Source: Octopus vulgaris (taxonomy: Eukaryota). Taken from it: a stretch of 64,000 nucleotides of DNA. Below the pieces are notes generated by a model, which saw nothing but the letters and a program-made list of their open reading frames with translations, ran no database searches and was not told the DNA's origin. The stretch covers positions 44,330,001 to 44,394,000 of the forward strand of contig OX597816.1 of NCBI GenBank assembly GCA_951406725.2, given 5' to 3'. Positions 42,501-57,441 of the stretch are shown here, piece after piece (positions within the stretch are counted from its first letter, which is position 1; the number at the start of each line of letters is the position of its first letter). Position numbers and translations under genes: made by a program.

Positions 42501-42754
42501 TCTAGGAACTCAGCTATGATGCCAGAAATTGATTACAATATTATATGGATGGTAGAGCTTTGCAGTAATTGGAGAGGGAGTGCGTGATAAATTTCAAATG
42601 GGAAGAGTGGAATACAAAATTAAAAGAGGAATAAGAATTATGCACACTAGAAATGAAAAGGTGCAAAAGTAGCTACAAGCATTCTATGTAGTTAATGGGT
42701 AAAAAATATCAGTATTAACGTAATAGAATACACATAGTAGAATAGACGTAATAG

Positions 42755-43440
42755 GTGTAAAAGATGTTATAAACATGCAATACGGTAAACGTTGCTAGAA
42801 TGTATTAATAGACGTAAAAGTTGCTACGGACATGGAAAGCTGTTAATAAGTAAAAGTTGCTAGAATGCGCTTATAGATGTAAAAGTTGCTATAAACATAC
42901 AATGCGGTTAATAAGTAAAAGTTGCTAGAATGCGTTAATAGACGTAAAAGTTGCTATAAACATACAATGCGGTTAATAGGTAAAAGTTGCTAGAATGTGT
43001 TAATAGACGTAAAAGTTGCTATAAACATACAATGCGGTGAATAGGTCAAAGTTGCTAGAATGTGTTAATAGACGTAAAAGTTGCTATAAACATGCAATGC
43101 GGTTAATAAGTAAAAGTTGCTACAATGTGTTAATAGGCGTAAAAGTCGCTATAAGCATATAGTTCGGTTAACTTGCCGGCTTCGGGCAAAAGAAAATACG
43201 AGAAGATCAGTTAATTGTTATTTAATTCAGCATGTTCTCCTCTCAGATACAGAAACCCATTGCAGCGGTCCTTCAGTTTTTCTAAGATCTGTAATAGAAC
43301 TCGGATAGTTGGGTCTCCAACTATGCCTTTCGCGACACCCTTAAAAACAGGAAACTTTTCAGCATCCCCTTGTAGATAAAAGTTGCTAGGATGCGTTCAA
43401 GAAGTAAAAGTTGCTACAAACATGTAATTTGGTTAATACG
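42755..43440. repeat. 65-bp tandem satellite (29+36-bp subunits), about 6 copies plus one displaced copy
   Basis: AATGCGG recurs at 42901, 42966, 43031 and 43096; both subunits begin GTAAAAGTTGCTA; extra unit at about 43375-43440. Confidence 0.9.
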
Positions 43441-44144
43441 TTCACTTCGCAAAAACGTAGACAAGTGTTCGAGTCCCTTGTGCCTTATATGAAACATTCA
43501 ACAATTGTTTTCTTAGATAATCTCGCGTTGGGAAATGAAATATGAGTGCAATTAGGTAGCTGGGAAATGTTTTGAGGACCAGCTAGGGAGTAGAGGCAGC
43601 AGTAATGTGTGTGGAGGGGTAATTAGTAAATCTAGTGATGGTAATAGTAATACAGGCTGTGGTATGAGTAGTAAATGCATTCGCAGTAATAGTGATATTA
43701 AATTAAGTAGTAGTTAGTAATTAGTTAGTAGTAGTTCGTAATAATAATTTTAATAGTAGTTAGTAATTGAGCTGAAACTAATCGTAGTAACAGTACTAGC
43801 AGTGATAGTTGTGGTATTAGTCGTTGTAGTTCTTGTGCTAGTGGTAAATAATTGTGTAGCTGCAGTAGTTGTAGTAGTTACACAGGACACACGCATATAT
43901 GTGTATGTGTTTATAAAAAGCTGTCTCGCAGTTTATCCATCGTCGCATATATTTTGAATTCACCATCTTGAATTGCAAAATTCAAATGTTATATTTGTGT
44001 AATAAAGAAATCAAGCATGGTGTGTGTGTGTTTATATTAGAGAGACAGTGTGTGTTTGTGTTTGTGAGAGAGTGAGGTGGGGGATAGAGAACATTGAAAA
44101 GATCGAATGAAAATAAACAAGAAATGAAACAATCCAATAAGCGA

Positions 44145-44580
44145 TAGCTCGTTAAAAACTATCTTGTTTTAGCGTGCTAGAAATAGCAGCGTTCACATAG
44201 TTATTATTGTAAGGCTTATAGCGTTCCAAGCAGCCATACCAACAAAATCACTTCATTTAAAAAATGGTATATATATACCGGTATATTACAGAATTTTCAT
44301 TTAATCAAAAATATTCATTTAACAAACTCTGGAAACTGATATTCATGAAATTGTACTTCGTATCAAAGTTATATAGCTATTATTAAATTATCATTAATGA
44401 AAATAGAGGCGTGCGAGAAAAAGGGACTGTTGCAAACAGAAACGTAAAATGTCACCTGCAACGAATTGATATTGTTTATTATTAAACATTCAAATCTAGT
44501 CCGCAGTGAATTTAATGAATATTTAACTTCATGAAGAACTGGACGCAGTGAATACAATGAATATTTAAATTTGCGAGAAA
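44145..44580 (+). repeat. Unclassified AT-rich dispersed repeat; uninterrupted paralog of 59090-60336
   Basis: Colinear reverse-complement similarity, e.g. GCCATACCAACAAAATCACTTC and CGTATCAAAGTTATATAGCTAT. Confidence 0.8.
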
Positions 44581-44949
44581 TTGGAGTTATTCAATATTCA
44601 ATAAACGTCAGAAATAGAAATTATAGGAAATTCCTTAGAACATGAATTCATAAAAATAATTCCAGCCAGACAGTCAAGCTTTCTTTTATTAGTACTTTTA
44701 GTAATTGTTACATACTTAATTAATATGCAGCTTTCTTCATTATTATATGGAAGATTATTAAAGCAACGAACCGGCAGAATCGTTAGCACGCGGGACGAAC
44801 TGAGGTCAATTTCCGCCGAGGTCACTTTGCCTTTCATCCTTTCGAGGTCGATAATTAAATTACTACTGAAAAACTGGGGTCGATGTAATCTACTCTTCCC
44901 CTTCTCACAATTTCATCCCTTGTGCCTTATATTAGACAGGATCATTATT

Positions 44950-45011
<62 letters not shown>

Positions 45012-45016
45012 CATTA

Positions 45017-45480
45017 TCTGTATATATATAAAAGGCAGGGTATGTGTGTGTATGTACGTGAATGTAATTTATGCACGTCCACAAATTAGCACCCATGTCG
45101 CTCCAATTTTAGGAGGGCATTCGTCATGACCCAGGCTGAGTTTTCTCAACTTATTTTTCCCGAGGCACTCGCAGATAGCGGTAAAAATCGATTTTCAACC
45201 ACAACTTTTAACAATTTTTAAGTTTGGTAACATAAGTTACGTCCCCTTCTTGTCATAGCGAAGTGAAAGTGTGTGTGTATGTGTGTGTGTGTGTGAGGGA
45301 GAGAGAGAAGTTGACTGCGTCTAACAAAAAATGTAAAGGGAAAGTGTGTGTGAGAAAGAGAGTAGGTGAGAGCGTTCATCAAAAATAAAAATGTAAAATA
45401 TTTTTTTATTCTTAAACGTAAGATACAGTCTTCAAATTTAGGATGTTTTTAAAAGACACTATTTTAGAATCAGATTATAT
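45017..45480 (+). mobile_element. Probable Helitron-like 5' fragment
   Basis: A|TCTGTATATATATAAAAGGC start followed by (TG)n; no 3' hairpin or CTAG seen, so the right boundary is uncertain. Confidence 0.45.
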
Positions 45481-45924
45481 ATATATTCTCACACAACAAT
45501 TGAACGACTTCTTTTGCCGATCCGCTAAGTTACGGTGACGTAAACACACCAACGTCAGTTGTCAAGCGATGGGGGTGACAAACAGATAAACATATACACA
45601 CGCACACATATATGTATATATATATATATATATATATGCATGTATGTATGTATAAATACATATATATATGTATATATATACACATATATATTCACACACA
45701 TATAGATATAAATATAAATATATATATATATATATGCATCAAATATACATACCTATACAGAAAACTAGAGAAAGCGGGAGATACTAAACAAGTAGATATG
45801 ATGAAAGTTGAAATTAGTAGGGAAATAGACATGTCGATAGAATTTTAGGAAAATATAGTGGAAGCAGGCAAAGGAATATTGTAGTAGTTGTTCCAGAATA
45901 AAAGAATGCACGTACACATACGTA

Positions 45925-45960
<36 letters not shown>

Positions 45961-46706
45961 GTAATTTATACACTAACATGAAATTGAATATGTCCGACAA
46001 TTATCTCAATTATCAGAGAAAAACGTGTTACATCACGTGCTCCTTCTTGGTTTGAACAAACAGCAACGCACTCAACGCAAGGCGTAGATGGTTTTATGTT
46101 TCTGTCGTGATAATTTAGACGTTTACATAAGTCGTTAACTCATCTCCGCCTCTATACATTAAGGTTGAAGACACCCGGAAATTATATTGGTCTGACATGG
46201 AAATATTAGCTATTTATTGAATTATACATCAGATTTCATGCATCAAATTAACATGCCGAAAATGAATCGGAATGTTTATTGGCATTTTTGTAAATTTACA
46301 TATATTAATAATTAATATTTAAGTGTGGTTAAGTCTACTTGTGGAGTATATATATATTATATCGAACCGTTTGAATCGTTATGACACCGGACAAAATTGC
46401 TTAGTGGCATTTCGTCTTTCTTTACGTTCTGAGTTCAAATTCCGGCGTACGGAATATGTATTTCATTTTTTCAGAGCTCATAAAATAGTGAAGTACTGAG
46501 GCCGATGAAAGTGACTAGCCTCCACACCAAAATTTCAGGTGATGCGCCTATGAGTAGGAAGTTTACGTATTGTTGCATACTCGTATACGCTTACTTACAT
46601 GTACGTATGTTGTTTTGCTTTTTCATCATTCAGTTATTCTCTTATATGTTTCATTCCTAATGCTGTGGCCACTATGGGACACAGCTCTTAGGCAACGGCC
46701 AGGCAT

Positions 46707-47003
46707 ATATCACGTGATCACGTGACCGACCAAGCCATCAGATGTTGCTACATATCGCTGGTCACAATGCACTTTGCATTGTTTAAGCCTTCAAATGACG
46801 CCACACGGCTGGCTAAGCGAGCAGACCAACAGAAGAAATAGTGAGAGAAAGTTGTGGTGAAAGAGTACAGCAGGGATCACCACCACCCCCTGCCGAAGCC
46901 TTGTGAAGATTTAGGTGTTTTCGCTCAATAAACACTCACAACGCCCGGTCTGGGAATCGAAACCGCGATCCTACGACCACGAGTCCGCTGCCCTAACCAC
47001 CGA
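46707..47003 (-). mobile_element. SINE family C, tail type 2
   Basis: Same head as 28213-28605 with a different 3' half ending GTCACGTGATCACGTGATATA. Confidence 0.85.
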
Positions 47004-47065
47004 ACCATCCGTTTCTTTTCTACACCACTTGTCTTCGTCTTTTTTTCGTGAATTCTCCCTATATA

Positions 47066-47132
<67 letters not shown>

Positions 47133-47259
47133 CTTAGGCATTGTGAGACTAATTACCTAGTGTAGAACTCAATATGCTTCAGAAGGAAGCATTAGTCGAG
47201 TACAGAATGATAATAAGAAATTAAGATGACAATGGAATAAATGATTTTCATAAGAACTT

Positions 47260-47346
47260 CATTAGCCTACAGCTGTTTCTAATATTAGGTGTAGTGCACA
47301 CAGTCGAATGCCTGAGTAGCCTTTTATAGCTTCATCGGAGCTAATG
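47260..47346 (-). ncRNA. Degenerate hammerhead-like motif (Penelope type)
   Basis: CAUUAGCU-CCGAUGA...GAA-ACAGCUGU-A^GGCUAAUG: 8-bp helix I and palindromic helix III; core has U4C and helix II is unclear. Confidence 0.45.
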
Positions 47347-47378
47347 AAGTTTATAAGATAATCATTTTCTTTGATTAG

Positions 47379-47426
<48 letters not shown>

Positions 47427-47427
47427 C

Positions 47428-47460
<33 letters not shown>

Positions 47461-48017
47461 CTGAGGGCACACATACATTATGTAAAGAGAATGACTCAAA
47501 GGAAATTAAGATCCGTGTAGATGACACAGAATGATGCTCAATTGGATAGGATCTCCAAATCCTTATTGAAGGACCAGTGCTTCGGCATCGTAGGTTAGCT
47601 ATAATGACAAACCTTATCGAACTGGTATGGGGGTAGAAAAGGAGGTTTACACAGTTAGGCTTCAGATGTATTCTTACACGGAGAACAAACGACAGATAAC
47701 AAAATAAAGAAATGTTTTCATTCGCACCGTTTTGGTCTGTTCGAACGCGAAACCTCATAGTCACGAAGCGAGCATCTCAATCTCAGTGTCACATCTCAAC
47801 ACTTCCTCTCTCACACACACATGCATGCACGCTCGCACATAAACACACACATGAATGTTTATTATAAATGTTTTAATCACGTTTAAGTACTCATGTGTAT
47901 AACAGATACTGTCTCGAATTTATCGAGACTACAAAATATTTGATTAGAGACATTACGCACATATGCAAATACACTGCACTTAGATCTGTCGACATTTATA
48001 AATATGTGATTATATAC

Positions 48018-48088
<71 letters not shown>

Positions 48089-48097
<9 letters not shown>

Positions 48098-48362
48098 ATC
48101 ACGTGACTGACCAGACCATCAGACGTTGCTACACATCGCTGGTCACAATGCGTTCGCATTGTTTTAGCCTTCGAATGACGCCACCCCGCTGGCTAAGCGA
48201 GCAGGCCAACAGGAGAAAGAGTGGTGAAAGAGTACAGCAGGGATCACCACCCCCTGCCGGAGCCTCGTGGAGCTTTAAGGTGTTTTCGCTCAGTAAACAC
48301 ACACAACGCCCGGTCTGGGAATCGAAACCACGATCCTACGACCACTAGGCCATTGCGCCTCC
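48089..48362 (-). mobile_element. SINE family C, tail type 2
   Basis: Homolog of 46707-47003; 3' end abuts (TA)n. Confidence 0.85.
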
Positions 48363-48370
48363 ACACACAA

Positions 48371-48411
<41 letters not shown>

Positions 48412-48799
48412 TACATACATACATTTATACATACATACATATTTAAAGATACACACCCATATTGATAAACTTCACTTTAATTTACAATGACACAAACCGC
48501 TATTTAATTAACTGGCTATACTTTTACCTGATAGTGTTATTTGTTAAACTGCTGTATTACATAACACTCCGATTAATAATTAACTCATTACAGAAGAGAC
48601 ACAGTGAATCAGACAGACAGCATATGATATTCAAAACGCAGCTGGTGAATTCTTTTAATTTAATTCTAAACATGTCTAATTTGTTTCCGAATCTGTATTG
48701 AATTTATTTATGTAGACATATGTTTGTCTACAAACATAATTACATACCACCGTACGTACATATATACATATATACACACACACACATATATATATACAC

Positions 48800-48874
<75 letters not shown>

Positions 48875-48927
48875 GTATATATGGTAGAATGATATTCCCT
48901 CAAAAAAAAATTATATATATATCATAT

Positions 48928-48982
<55 letters not shown>

Positions 48983-49096
48983 ATATATATATATATATGT
49001 ATATATATACATATATATATATAAAGAAAAAAGGAAAGAGAGATATGTATATATATATATATATATGTATACATATATATATATGTATATATGTGT

Positions 49097-49161
<65 letters not shown>

Positions 49162-49959
49162 CATATATATATATATAAACATACATATGATATGTATATA
49201 TGTGCATACGGATGTATGCATGGATGTATGTATGTATTTCTGTATTTGTTACTATGTATGACGAATGAGCAAACACAGACAAAAAAAAAGCGATAAAGTC
49301 GTCTTTTAACAAATTTGTTATTAGTATAACGCTTGAAAATGAAGGGAAAACGTCTTTAATATTCCTTCACCAGAAAAATGTATTAAAACGGTGAAAATCG
49401 GTGGAAAGAAGAAAAAGATTGAAAGAGTAGACGGAATTGCGGTTCTGTGGAAACGAAAAGGGAAGAAGGGAAAAGGAAGGTTGCTTTGAGCATGAATAGA
49501 AGGGTCTCTATGTAGGGGGATGTGCTAGAAGGAATTGTGTGAGCTGCGTGGGATGTAGGTAGTTGCTTGCTGGATGTGGAGATGTCCAAGTGTGAAATAT
49601 GGTGTGGGTTTGAATACTGGTTTGAAATTTTAGCACTCGACCAGTTATTTTCGAAGGAAGGCTTAAGTCGATTACATTCACCCAATTGCTTAGCTGTTGT
49701 TTATTTTATCAACTCCAACAGGATGAAGGGCAAAGTCGACCTCGGTGAAATTTGAAATCAGAATGTAAAGAGGTACACAATGTTGATAATTCATTTAATT
49801 CTAACTATAGTGCAGCTGACATATGTTGCATTATCTCTCAACTCTGAATGCACATGTATTAATAGCCGAAACAGCTGTAAGCTAAGATGAATAAGTACGC
49901 AACTTCTGTACTTTTCTCAATTATTTTTTAATATACGTGTGCATGTATGTGTGAATGTG

Positions 49960-50161
<202 letters not shown>

Positions 50162-50566
50162 GTCTCATTATCGTGACTACAGAAATAACTAGACATCTAT
50201 CCTTCAATAATAACCCAAGCTTTCCTCCCACCGTGAAAGTATTAAGTAATTTATTGGGACAGTCAAACTTAAAATGGACGGTTCATAATATTTCACTTTG
50301 CATAGTTTCAGGTATTCGGGAGAGGTTTTGAAAGACCATAAGCAAGTCTTTATGTTGCTCTTTGAACCTGTTCTGAAGCCTGGAGCTGTGAAGATTATGA
50401 TTAACGCATTCCTGTTCCTCCTAATTCCAAATTGCGATTAAATAACCATCGACAGAATGATAGTGTTGATTTAGTCTTTGAAGCTACATCTTAGCCAAAC
50501 CGCTAACACCATCAAATAAGAGTAATATGCTTCTCATAAGTCTCTGTAGCCTTTTGCCCAGTTTAT

Positions 50567-50651
<85 letters not shown>

Positions 50652-50677
50652 TAAGAATATTTTTTATATATTTATAT

Positions 50678-50710
<33 letters not shown>

Positions 50711-50716
<6 letters not shown>

Positions 50717-50936
50717 GTGGACGCCCCCAGCAGAGGAAGTAGGCTAGCCCAATACGTAGATATAGTGGGAGAATCCTAGACGTCAGGGTTCACACTACTA
50801 CAGTAGAGTAGAGAGTCATAGAGAACAGACCTGAGTACCAGTCGAAAGAGTTGAGCAGAAGTCAACCGTACGTGCGACTTAACATTGGCGACAAGGATTT
50901 CGTAGCTCACACAGCCACTGTGTAGTATTGCGATAT

Positions 50937-50940
<4 letters not shown>
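50711..50940 (+). mobile_element. Short LTR-like segment with primer-binding-site-like motif
   Basis: TGTT...AACA (50711-50884) followed by TGGCGACAAGGAT; the whole unit ends TAACA and sits in (TA)n. Confidence 0.55.
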
Positions 50941-50985
<45 letters not shown>

Positions 50986-50986
<1 letters not shown>

Positions 50987-51156
50987 GAGTGTATAAGTAT
51001 TTATACACAGAGACGTGGCCGTTGACAGGATGTTTTACATGCTAGAAGGGGTAGCCAAACGCAAACCACGAAAACAAGTACTTCCAAAGAGGATGAAATC
51101 AAAACTTAAGGCGTCATGTTAAGGGTCACCTCTGTATATAAATAATTATACACTCG
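50986..51156. mobile_element. MITE with TA target duplication (Tc1/mariner type)
   Basis: TA|CGAGTGTATAAGTATTTATACACAGAG...CTCTGTATATAAATAATTATACACTCG|TA; imperfect TIR of about 45 bp. Confidence 0.75.
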
Positions 51157-51249
51157 TATATGAAAACATGTTTGTCTATTGACTTTTATTACGCATGCTA
51201 GCAAAGGGTATGATAATTTTTCTAACTTTTCTACTCTTATAATTATATT

Positions 51250-51412
51250 AGCGCAGGAGTGGTAAGTAGCTTGCTTACTAACCACATGGTTCCGGTTTCA
51301 GTCCCACTGCGTGGCACCTTAGGAAAGTGTCTTCTACTATAGCCTCGGGCCGACCAAATCCTTGTGAGTGCATTTGGTAGACGGAAACTGAAAGAAGCCC
51401 GTCCTATATATG

Positions 51413-51455
<43 letters not shown>

Positions 51456-51666
51456 CTGTGTCTGTGTTTGTCCCACCCCCAACATCGCTTGACAACCGAT
51501 GTTGGTGTGTTTGCGTCCCCGTAACTTAGTGGTTCGGCAAAAGATACCGATAGAATAAGTACTAGGCTTACAAAGAATAAGTCCTGGGGGCGATTTGCTC
51601 GACTAAAGGCGGTGCTCCAGCATGGCCGCAGTCAAATGACTGAAACAAGGAAAAGTGTAAAAGAGT
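51250..51666 (+). mobile_element. SINE family A
   Basis: Head-to-tail match. Confidence 0.9.
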
Positions 51667-53602
51667 ATATACATATATATACATACACGTAACATATAGT
51701 GAAATTATAAACAGGGCAAATTTTAGCCATTTCTTTGCAGACTGAAAAAAATGATGAACAACCTTAATCAGTCTTCTAACCTTACTGCGTTCTCATAAGA
51801 GGCGCCCACATCGCTTTGACAATCTCCAGAGAAACATATAGTCAAACTGTTTATATACTCAGCAAATGCAGCAGTTACTCTATGAAGGAAACTCCGTCCA
51901 AGATAATGTGGTGTATGAGTGTACATGTGTCTCTAGCTGGAGGAACCCTTCTCTTTAATCAGTATCGTTTAGTTTGGTGTTGGGCTTCACTTGGAAAAAT
52001 TTGTTTTACTCGAAGAACTAGGCCATTATTCTTGATGACGGTACTTTTAGGCTCCTGTGAAGAATTAAACTCAAAACGTATGGAGTCAGAATATATACCG
52101 CAAGGAATCTGGTCTGACGTTTCTGTTGTTCCGGCTACAGTAGCGATTTTTATCGACGCCGAAAGAATGAAAGCATTGATGACTTCAGAGGATTTGATCT
52201 CAGAGCGTAGAGAGTCAAAACAATTACTGCAAGGCATTCAATTTAATCTTCGAACGACTCCACCAATATCACATGAATAGTTCAATCACTGAATATTTAT
52301 TACTTTTATTACTAAATATTTTACATTATTAATGTTGGGCGGTAAATATTCTCTTTGCGATTCTTGACCCAAACCTTAAAACTGCCAACCAATTAATGTG
52401 TTCTTTGTGCTAATCTTTTTCTTTAATAACTTCGATGTAAATGAAACTGTCACACTAAAGATATTTCTGGCCATAATGACCACTGCCAATTTCAATATGA
52501 AGATAAACATTAGCAGCACAACTACTACGGCCAACACCAAACTATTCTATTCATTTAAAACCAGAAGCCATAAAATACTCCTTTATTCATATTAGAGAGT
52601 CTCTGTCTCTCAATCTACATTGTTATTAATTATCTTGGATGGAAAATGAAATACAAGTTTAGGTGTCTCTTTGTGTTTAACTTTACTTCCTCTGATGATG
52701 TCTCGTACAATGTAAAGAGCCGACAGATATTGTCACGTGTTCTCGGAATGTTTCTATTGCGTTCTTCTTTTTAACAATAGCCTGGCAATTTGAATCCCTA
52801 CTGCCAGATAACTTTATAATCAGAATATATCTTCTTTTCAGTATTATATTCTACACACTTTCGCACGGTCGTAACCTGAGAATACTTTTCTCATTATCTA
52901 AGGTATTTCAGTAATAAAACATCTAGAATCTCTGAATTGTTGAGAGAAAAGGAATTGCATTGATAACACGCCTGTATATGGGCTCACAATTTACTTTCTT
53001 AATTGAATTTTATATAGGCAGGTTCCAGTTATAGGTAAAAGAATTCGTGTCTCAATCCACTAAAATGTTAAAAAAAAAAATACTTCATATATTCGAAACT
53101 TGTGACTTTCAATACAATTTAACGGGTTCAATTCTTTCTGCCTTAATCGATTTCCTAATACAAATACATACTTAAAAGATACAACCAGAAATCCATCAGT
53201 AAAACCTTTCACTCAACTGTATTATACAGAAGAAAAAAAATGAAGTCCATTTAAAATATTTTTTACAATGGAAAAATACCACGTAGTTGTTAGCAAAGTG
53301 TTATTTAGCTTGAATATATTTCAATGGATCCTTAACATTTAATCAATAAATTAGATGAACTGTTTTAGATGAAATCTCAAAATAAGGTGAAATATATGTC
53401 ACTAGACGCATATATATTTATCTCTACTTAGAATTATAGACGTGCTATTTGGCCGCTATTTTCTTCTAAATTTAAAGAAATCACGAACACGTATTCACTT
53501 GAATGGACAGTAATATTCTCTACATTGAAACGATAGCGTGTACTTAAAAGGATATTCATACTCGACTGAAAATCATAGTCATTATGTGTATAGTTACACC
53601 TC

Positions 53603-53643
<41 letters not shown>

Positions 53644-53697
53644 CAGAAATAATAGGGGAAGCCTATAGGAAGAACCATTATCATGTCTTTATACCCT

Positions 53698-53731
<34 letters not shown>

Positions 53732-54584
53732 CAAATATATGTGTGCATGTATATATATATACATATTTGTGTAAGTGTATGTATAGATTTGTGTGTGTAT
53801 GCAGCGCTATTAGTCTTATATATTCCTAAATGAATCTGTATTTTGGTGTGGAACTTTATTCTTGATTGTCGGTGTACGTTCCATGGTGCACATGTGTTTT
53901 AGCAGTTCATCAGACACTTATTCTTAGAATAAACCTTTCTAATGTTCTCACAGATTCCAATTTTGCACCATGCCAAAGGCGACAATTACCATCAATGGGA
54001 GTTTAGAAACTTACTGATCTCTTTAGATCGTCAACTCTTTGTTCTTTCTCAAGTTCTCTTTGTATCGTTTTTCATTTCTTTTATGAATATTCTTTGGCGA
54101 GAAGTTTATTTATATACAGCCATACAGCGTTGTATGCACATATATTAAGTGAATGCATGCTTTGCATACGTTTCTAGGCTTTTATATTGTGTGCGTCCGC
54201 ATGTGTGCGTGTGTGCGTGTACGTGTGTGTGTTATTTTTATATCTGTCAACGTATAGATATGCTATTAAGTCGAACTCAACAAATCTGTATGTTTATAAA
54301 TATGATTTATGAATGCAATATTATAATGTTATGTATCTATGTGAATGTAAGCTTATGTGTGTGCACCTATTTATATGTGGTTGAGAGAATCTGTATGAAT
54401 GTAAAACATACCTGTACGTTAACATATTTATTGTAGTGCATTGATATAAAATTCTAATGGTTGTATATGAATGCATCTTGTGTGAATTCATACTTTACTT
54501 TTGAGTAAGAAAAAAGTGTTTGTGATTATGAATGCTTATATCTTTCTATTGCTTTGTGTAATTACATATTAACTATATATATAC

Positions 54585-54670
<86 letters not shown>

Positions 54671-55074
54671 TCGTGTACGAAACAGCGTTGATTCTATATA
54701 GTTCTGTGTACATTTATTTTTAACATTTGCGCTGAGTTACTTGGTTATGTGCCAGTATCGATGCGAACATATGCATCTATTATTTGTGTTTAATGTTTGT
54801 TTTATTCATATTCATATCTTTATGTTCGCAAGAAACACACTGTTATGTGCAAGCGTGTATATGCAAAATCTCGTATCTATATGATTCTTAGCATCGGTTA
54901 TCATCTATGTTGTTTATAAACTTGAATTTTCTACAATCTTTTATTTTATACACATCCGCTTCAAAAGCGGCTAACTACATGTATCTTTGTTTAAGTGTAG
55001 CTGTAAAATACGCTAGCAACTATTACGGATGTAGACTTAATAAACCACTAGACTACAGGCAGAAGACTTGAAAT

Positions 55075-56096
55075 ATTTGGATGTGGGGGTTAGTCGATAA
55101 CAACCTGCCCAATACTCCACGTGTACTTATTTTTATCGCACTTGAAAGGATGAAAGACAAAGTCGACCTCAGTGGTATTTAAACTCAGAACGTAACTACG
55201 GACGAAACACCACTAAACATTTTGTCCTGCCTGCTAACGCTTTTATCAGCCAGCCGCCTCTGACATTAGCTTAATACAGATTTTCAATTTTGGCACAAGG
55301 TCAGTAAGTTCATTAAAGGGGCGGCTAACTGATTACATTCACTTAGTACTCGACTGGAAGTAGAGGCGCAAGAGCCCAATGGTTAGGGCAGCGGATTCGA
55401 GGTCGTAAGATCGCGGTTTCGATTCCCAAAGCGGGCGTTGTGAGTGTTTATTGAGCAAAAACAACTAAAAGCTCCACGAGGCTTCGGCAGGGGATGGAGG
55501 CGAACACTGCTGTACTCTTTCATCACAAATTTCTCTCACTCTTTCTTCCTGTTTCTGTTGTACCACTATTTCAACGGGTCAAGCTTGTCACACTGTGTCA
55601 CGCAGAATCTCCCAGAGAACTACGTTAAGGATACACGTGTCTGAGGAGTGTTCAACCACTTGCACGTTAATTTCACGAGCAGGCTGTTCTGTTGATTGGA
55701 TCAACTTGAACCCTCGTCGTCATAACCGACGGAGTGCGAACATACTCTACTGGTGCTTTATTGAACCCAAAGGCAAAATCTGTCTCGGCGGAATTCGAAC
55801 TAAGGTTGTAAAGACGGACAAAATGCCGTTAATCGTCTTCTCCATCTTGGTAACTATTCTTCCAGAACGTAATCTTAGATATAGATTTAATAATACTTTC
55901 TACTTAAGGTACAAAGCCAAAGGAGGATCTAATCGATTATATCGATTCCAGTACTCAACTTGTATATATTTTATTGAACCTGAAAAGATGGAAGGTAAAG
56001 TCGACCTCGGCGAAATTTGAACTGAGAAAGTAAGGACGGACGGAATACACTAAGCATTTTGCCAGGCGTGTTAACAATTCTGCCATCTCGCCGCCA
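55075..56096. mobile_element. Cluster of three old SINE B copies (-), one interrupted by SINE C
   Basis: B cores at about 55145-55200, 55765-55820 and 55980-56040. Confidence 0.7.
55362..55742 (+). mobile_element. SINE family C, tail type 1, nested in SINE B
   Basis: Homolog of 28213-28605; possible TSD TACTC(G/T)ACTGG at 55347 and 55743. Confidence 0.85.
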
Positions 56097-56307
56097 TAAA
56101 GGCTATAGATTTAGTAATGAAGTCGTATAAGCACAGGAGAAGATTAAATTGACTTAAAATATGCCAAATCAGGTCTTGAATTTCAAATGCTCCGAGGCTG
56201 TATCACAAATCGAAACATAATTACTTTCATGATGTACGGTATCTGTTTGTGAGTTGTTTCTTTGTCATTCGTCGCTTATTTCTTTTTAACAATCCATACG
56301 CTTTTAG

Positions 56308-56443
56308 TTGAAAGAATTCGCTTCGTTTGTTTTATTTGAAGCAAAGCCTTTCTCAGAGAAGATACAGCAACTTTTTCCAAGCATCAAAACACCCTTCTCT
56401 GGATGGGCCAACAGTCCGTTGCAGGATAGCTCGATTTTGCCAG
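56308..56443 (+). other. Candidate spliced exon (unverified)
   Basis: Acceptor CTTTTAG|, open frame LKEFASFVLFEAKPFSEKIQQLFPSIKTPFSGWANSPLQDSSILP, consensus donor CAG|GTAAGT; no recognisable homology. Confidence 0.3.
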
Positions 56444-56599
56444 GTAAGTAAATTGCAGCAATGAGAAATGAAGCTTTTTGCTCAACAAAAAAAAAAGCAC
56501 ACCGCATCGCACGGTTCAGCCATAATCTCACTATGAACAATGTATTAATCCTAAATACAAAGTCACGCGCTTCCACATAATACACTTACATACATGTAT

Positions 56600-56724
<125 letters not shown>

Positions 56725-56811
56725 GTATGTATGTATGTATGTATGTATATATGTATATATATATATATATATGTATACAAAAATTCATATATATATGTAT
56801 GTATGTATATA

Positions 56812-56863
<52 letters not shown>

Positions 56864-56962
56864 TATATGTATGTATATTTACGTTTACCAATATGTATTG
56901 CAAGATTCCTGATGTGAAATCGTGTGTTGAAACAGATATTGTTGTATTTCGGGATCGTCATT

Positions 56963-57017
<55 letters not shown>

Positions 57018-57283
57018 TTTGTTTATTGTAAATAAACACACGCACTATATATATATTTGTTCACTCGTTTATTACTGTACTTATTTCTTTTATGTCCATT
57101 GTCCGTAAATCTTTCGTCACACATCTGGGGCCTCTTCATAGACACTTTTAATTTCCGTATTTGTTCTTGCTGGAGTAAGTGGAGCAAGAATAGTAATAAA
57201 CGAGTGAAGAAAAATAATACATAGTACGTGAGTTTATCCGGCAATAAATGAATAAATCAAAAGACCATCCCGAAATACAACAG

Positions 57284-57325
<42 letters not shown>

Positions 57326-57441
57326 TGTATGTATTCTACCTATCTATCAATATGTTTCATACGCATATGTAGTACATACATACATACATACATCGTGAAC
57401 TGTTGAGCAATCTACTGTTACTCCACCCAAACTAGCAGTTC

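Noticed and set aside
42755-43170. CRISPR-like repeat-spacer pattern (GTAAAAGTTGCTA every 29-36 bp)
   Set aside because: The intervening sequences alternate between two fixed types rather than being unique spacers
56430-56452. U1 snRNA 5' end on the minus strand (TACTTACCTGGCA)
   Set aside because: Similarity stops after about 13 nt; better explained as a consensus splice donor on the + strand
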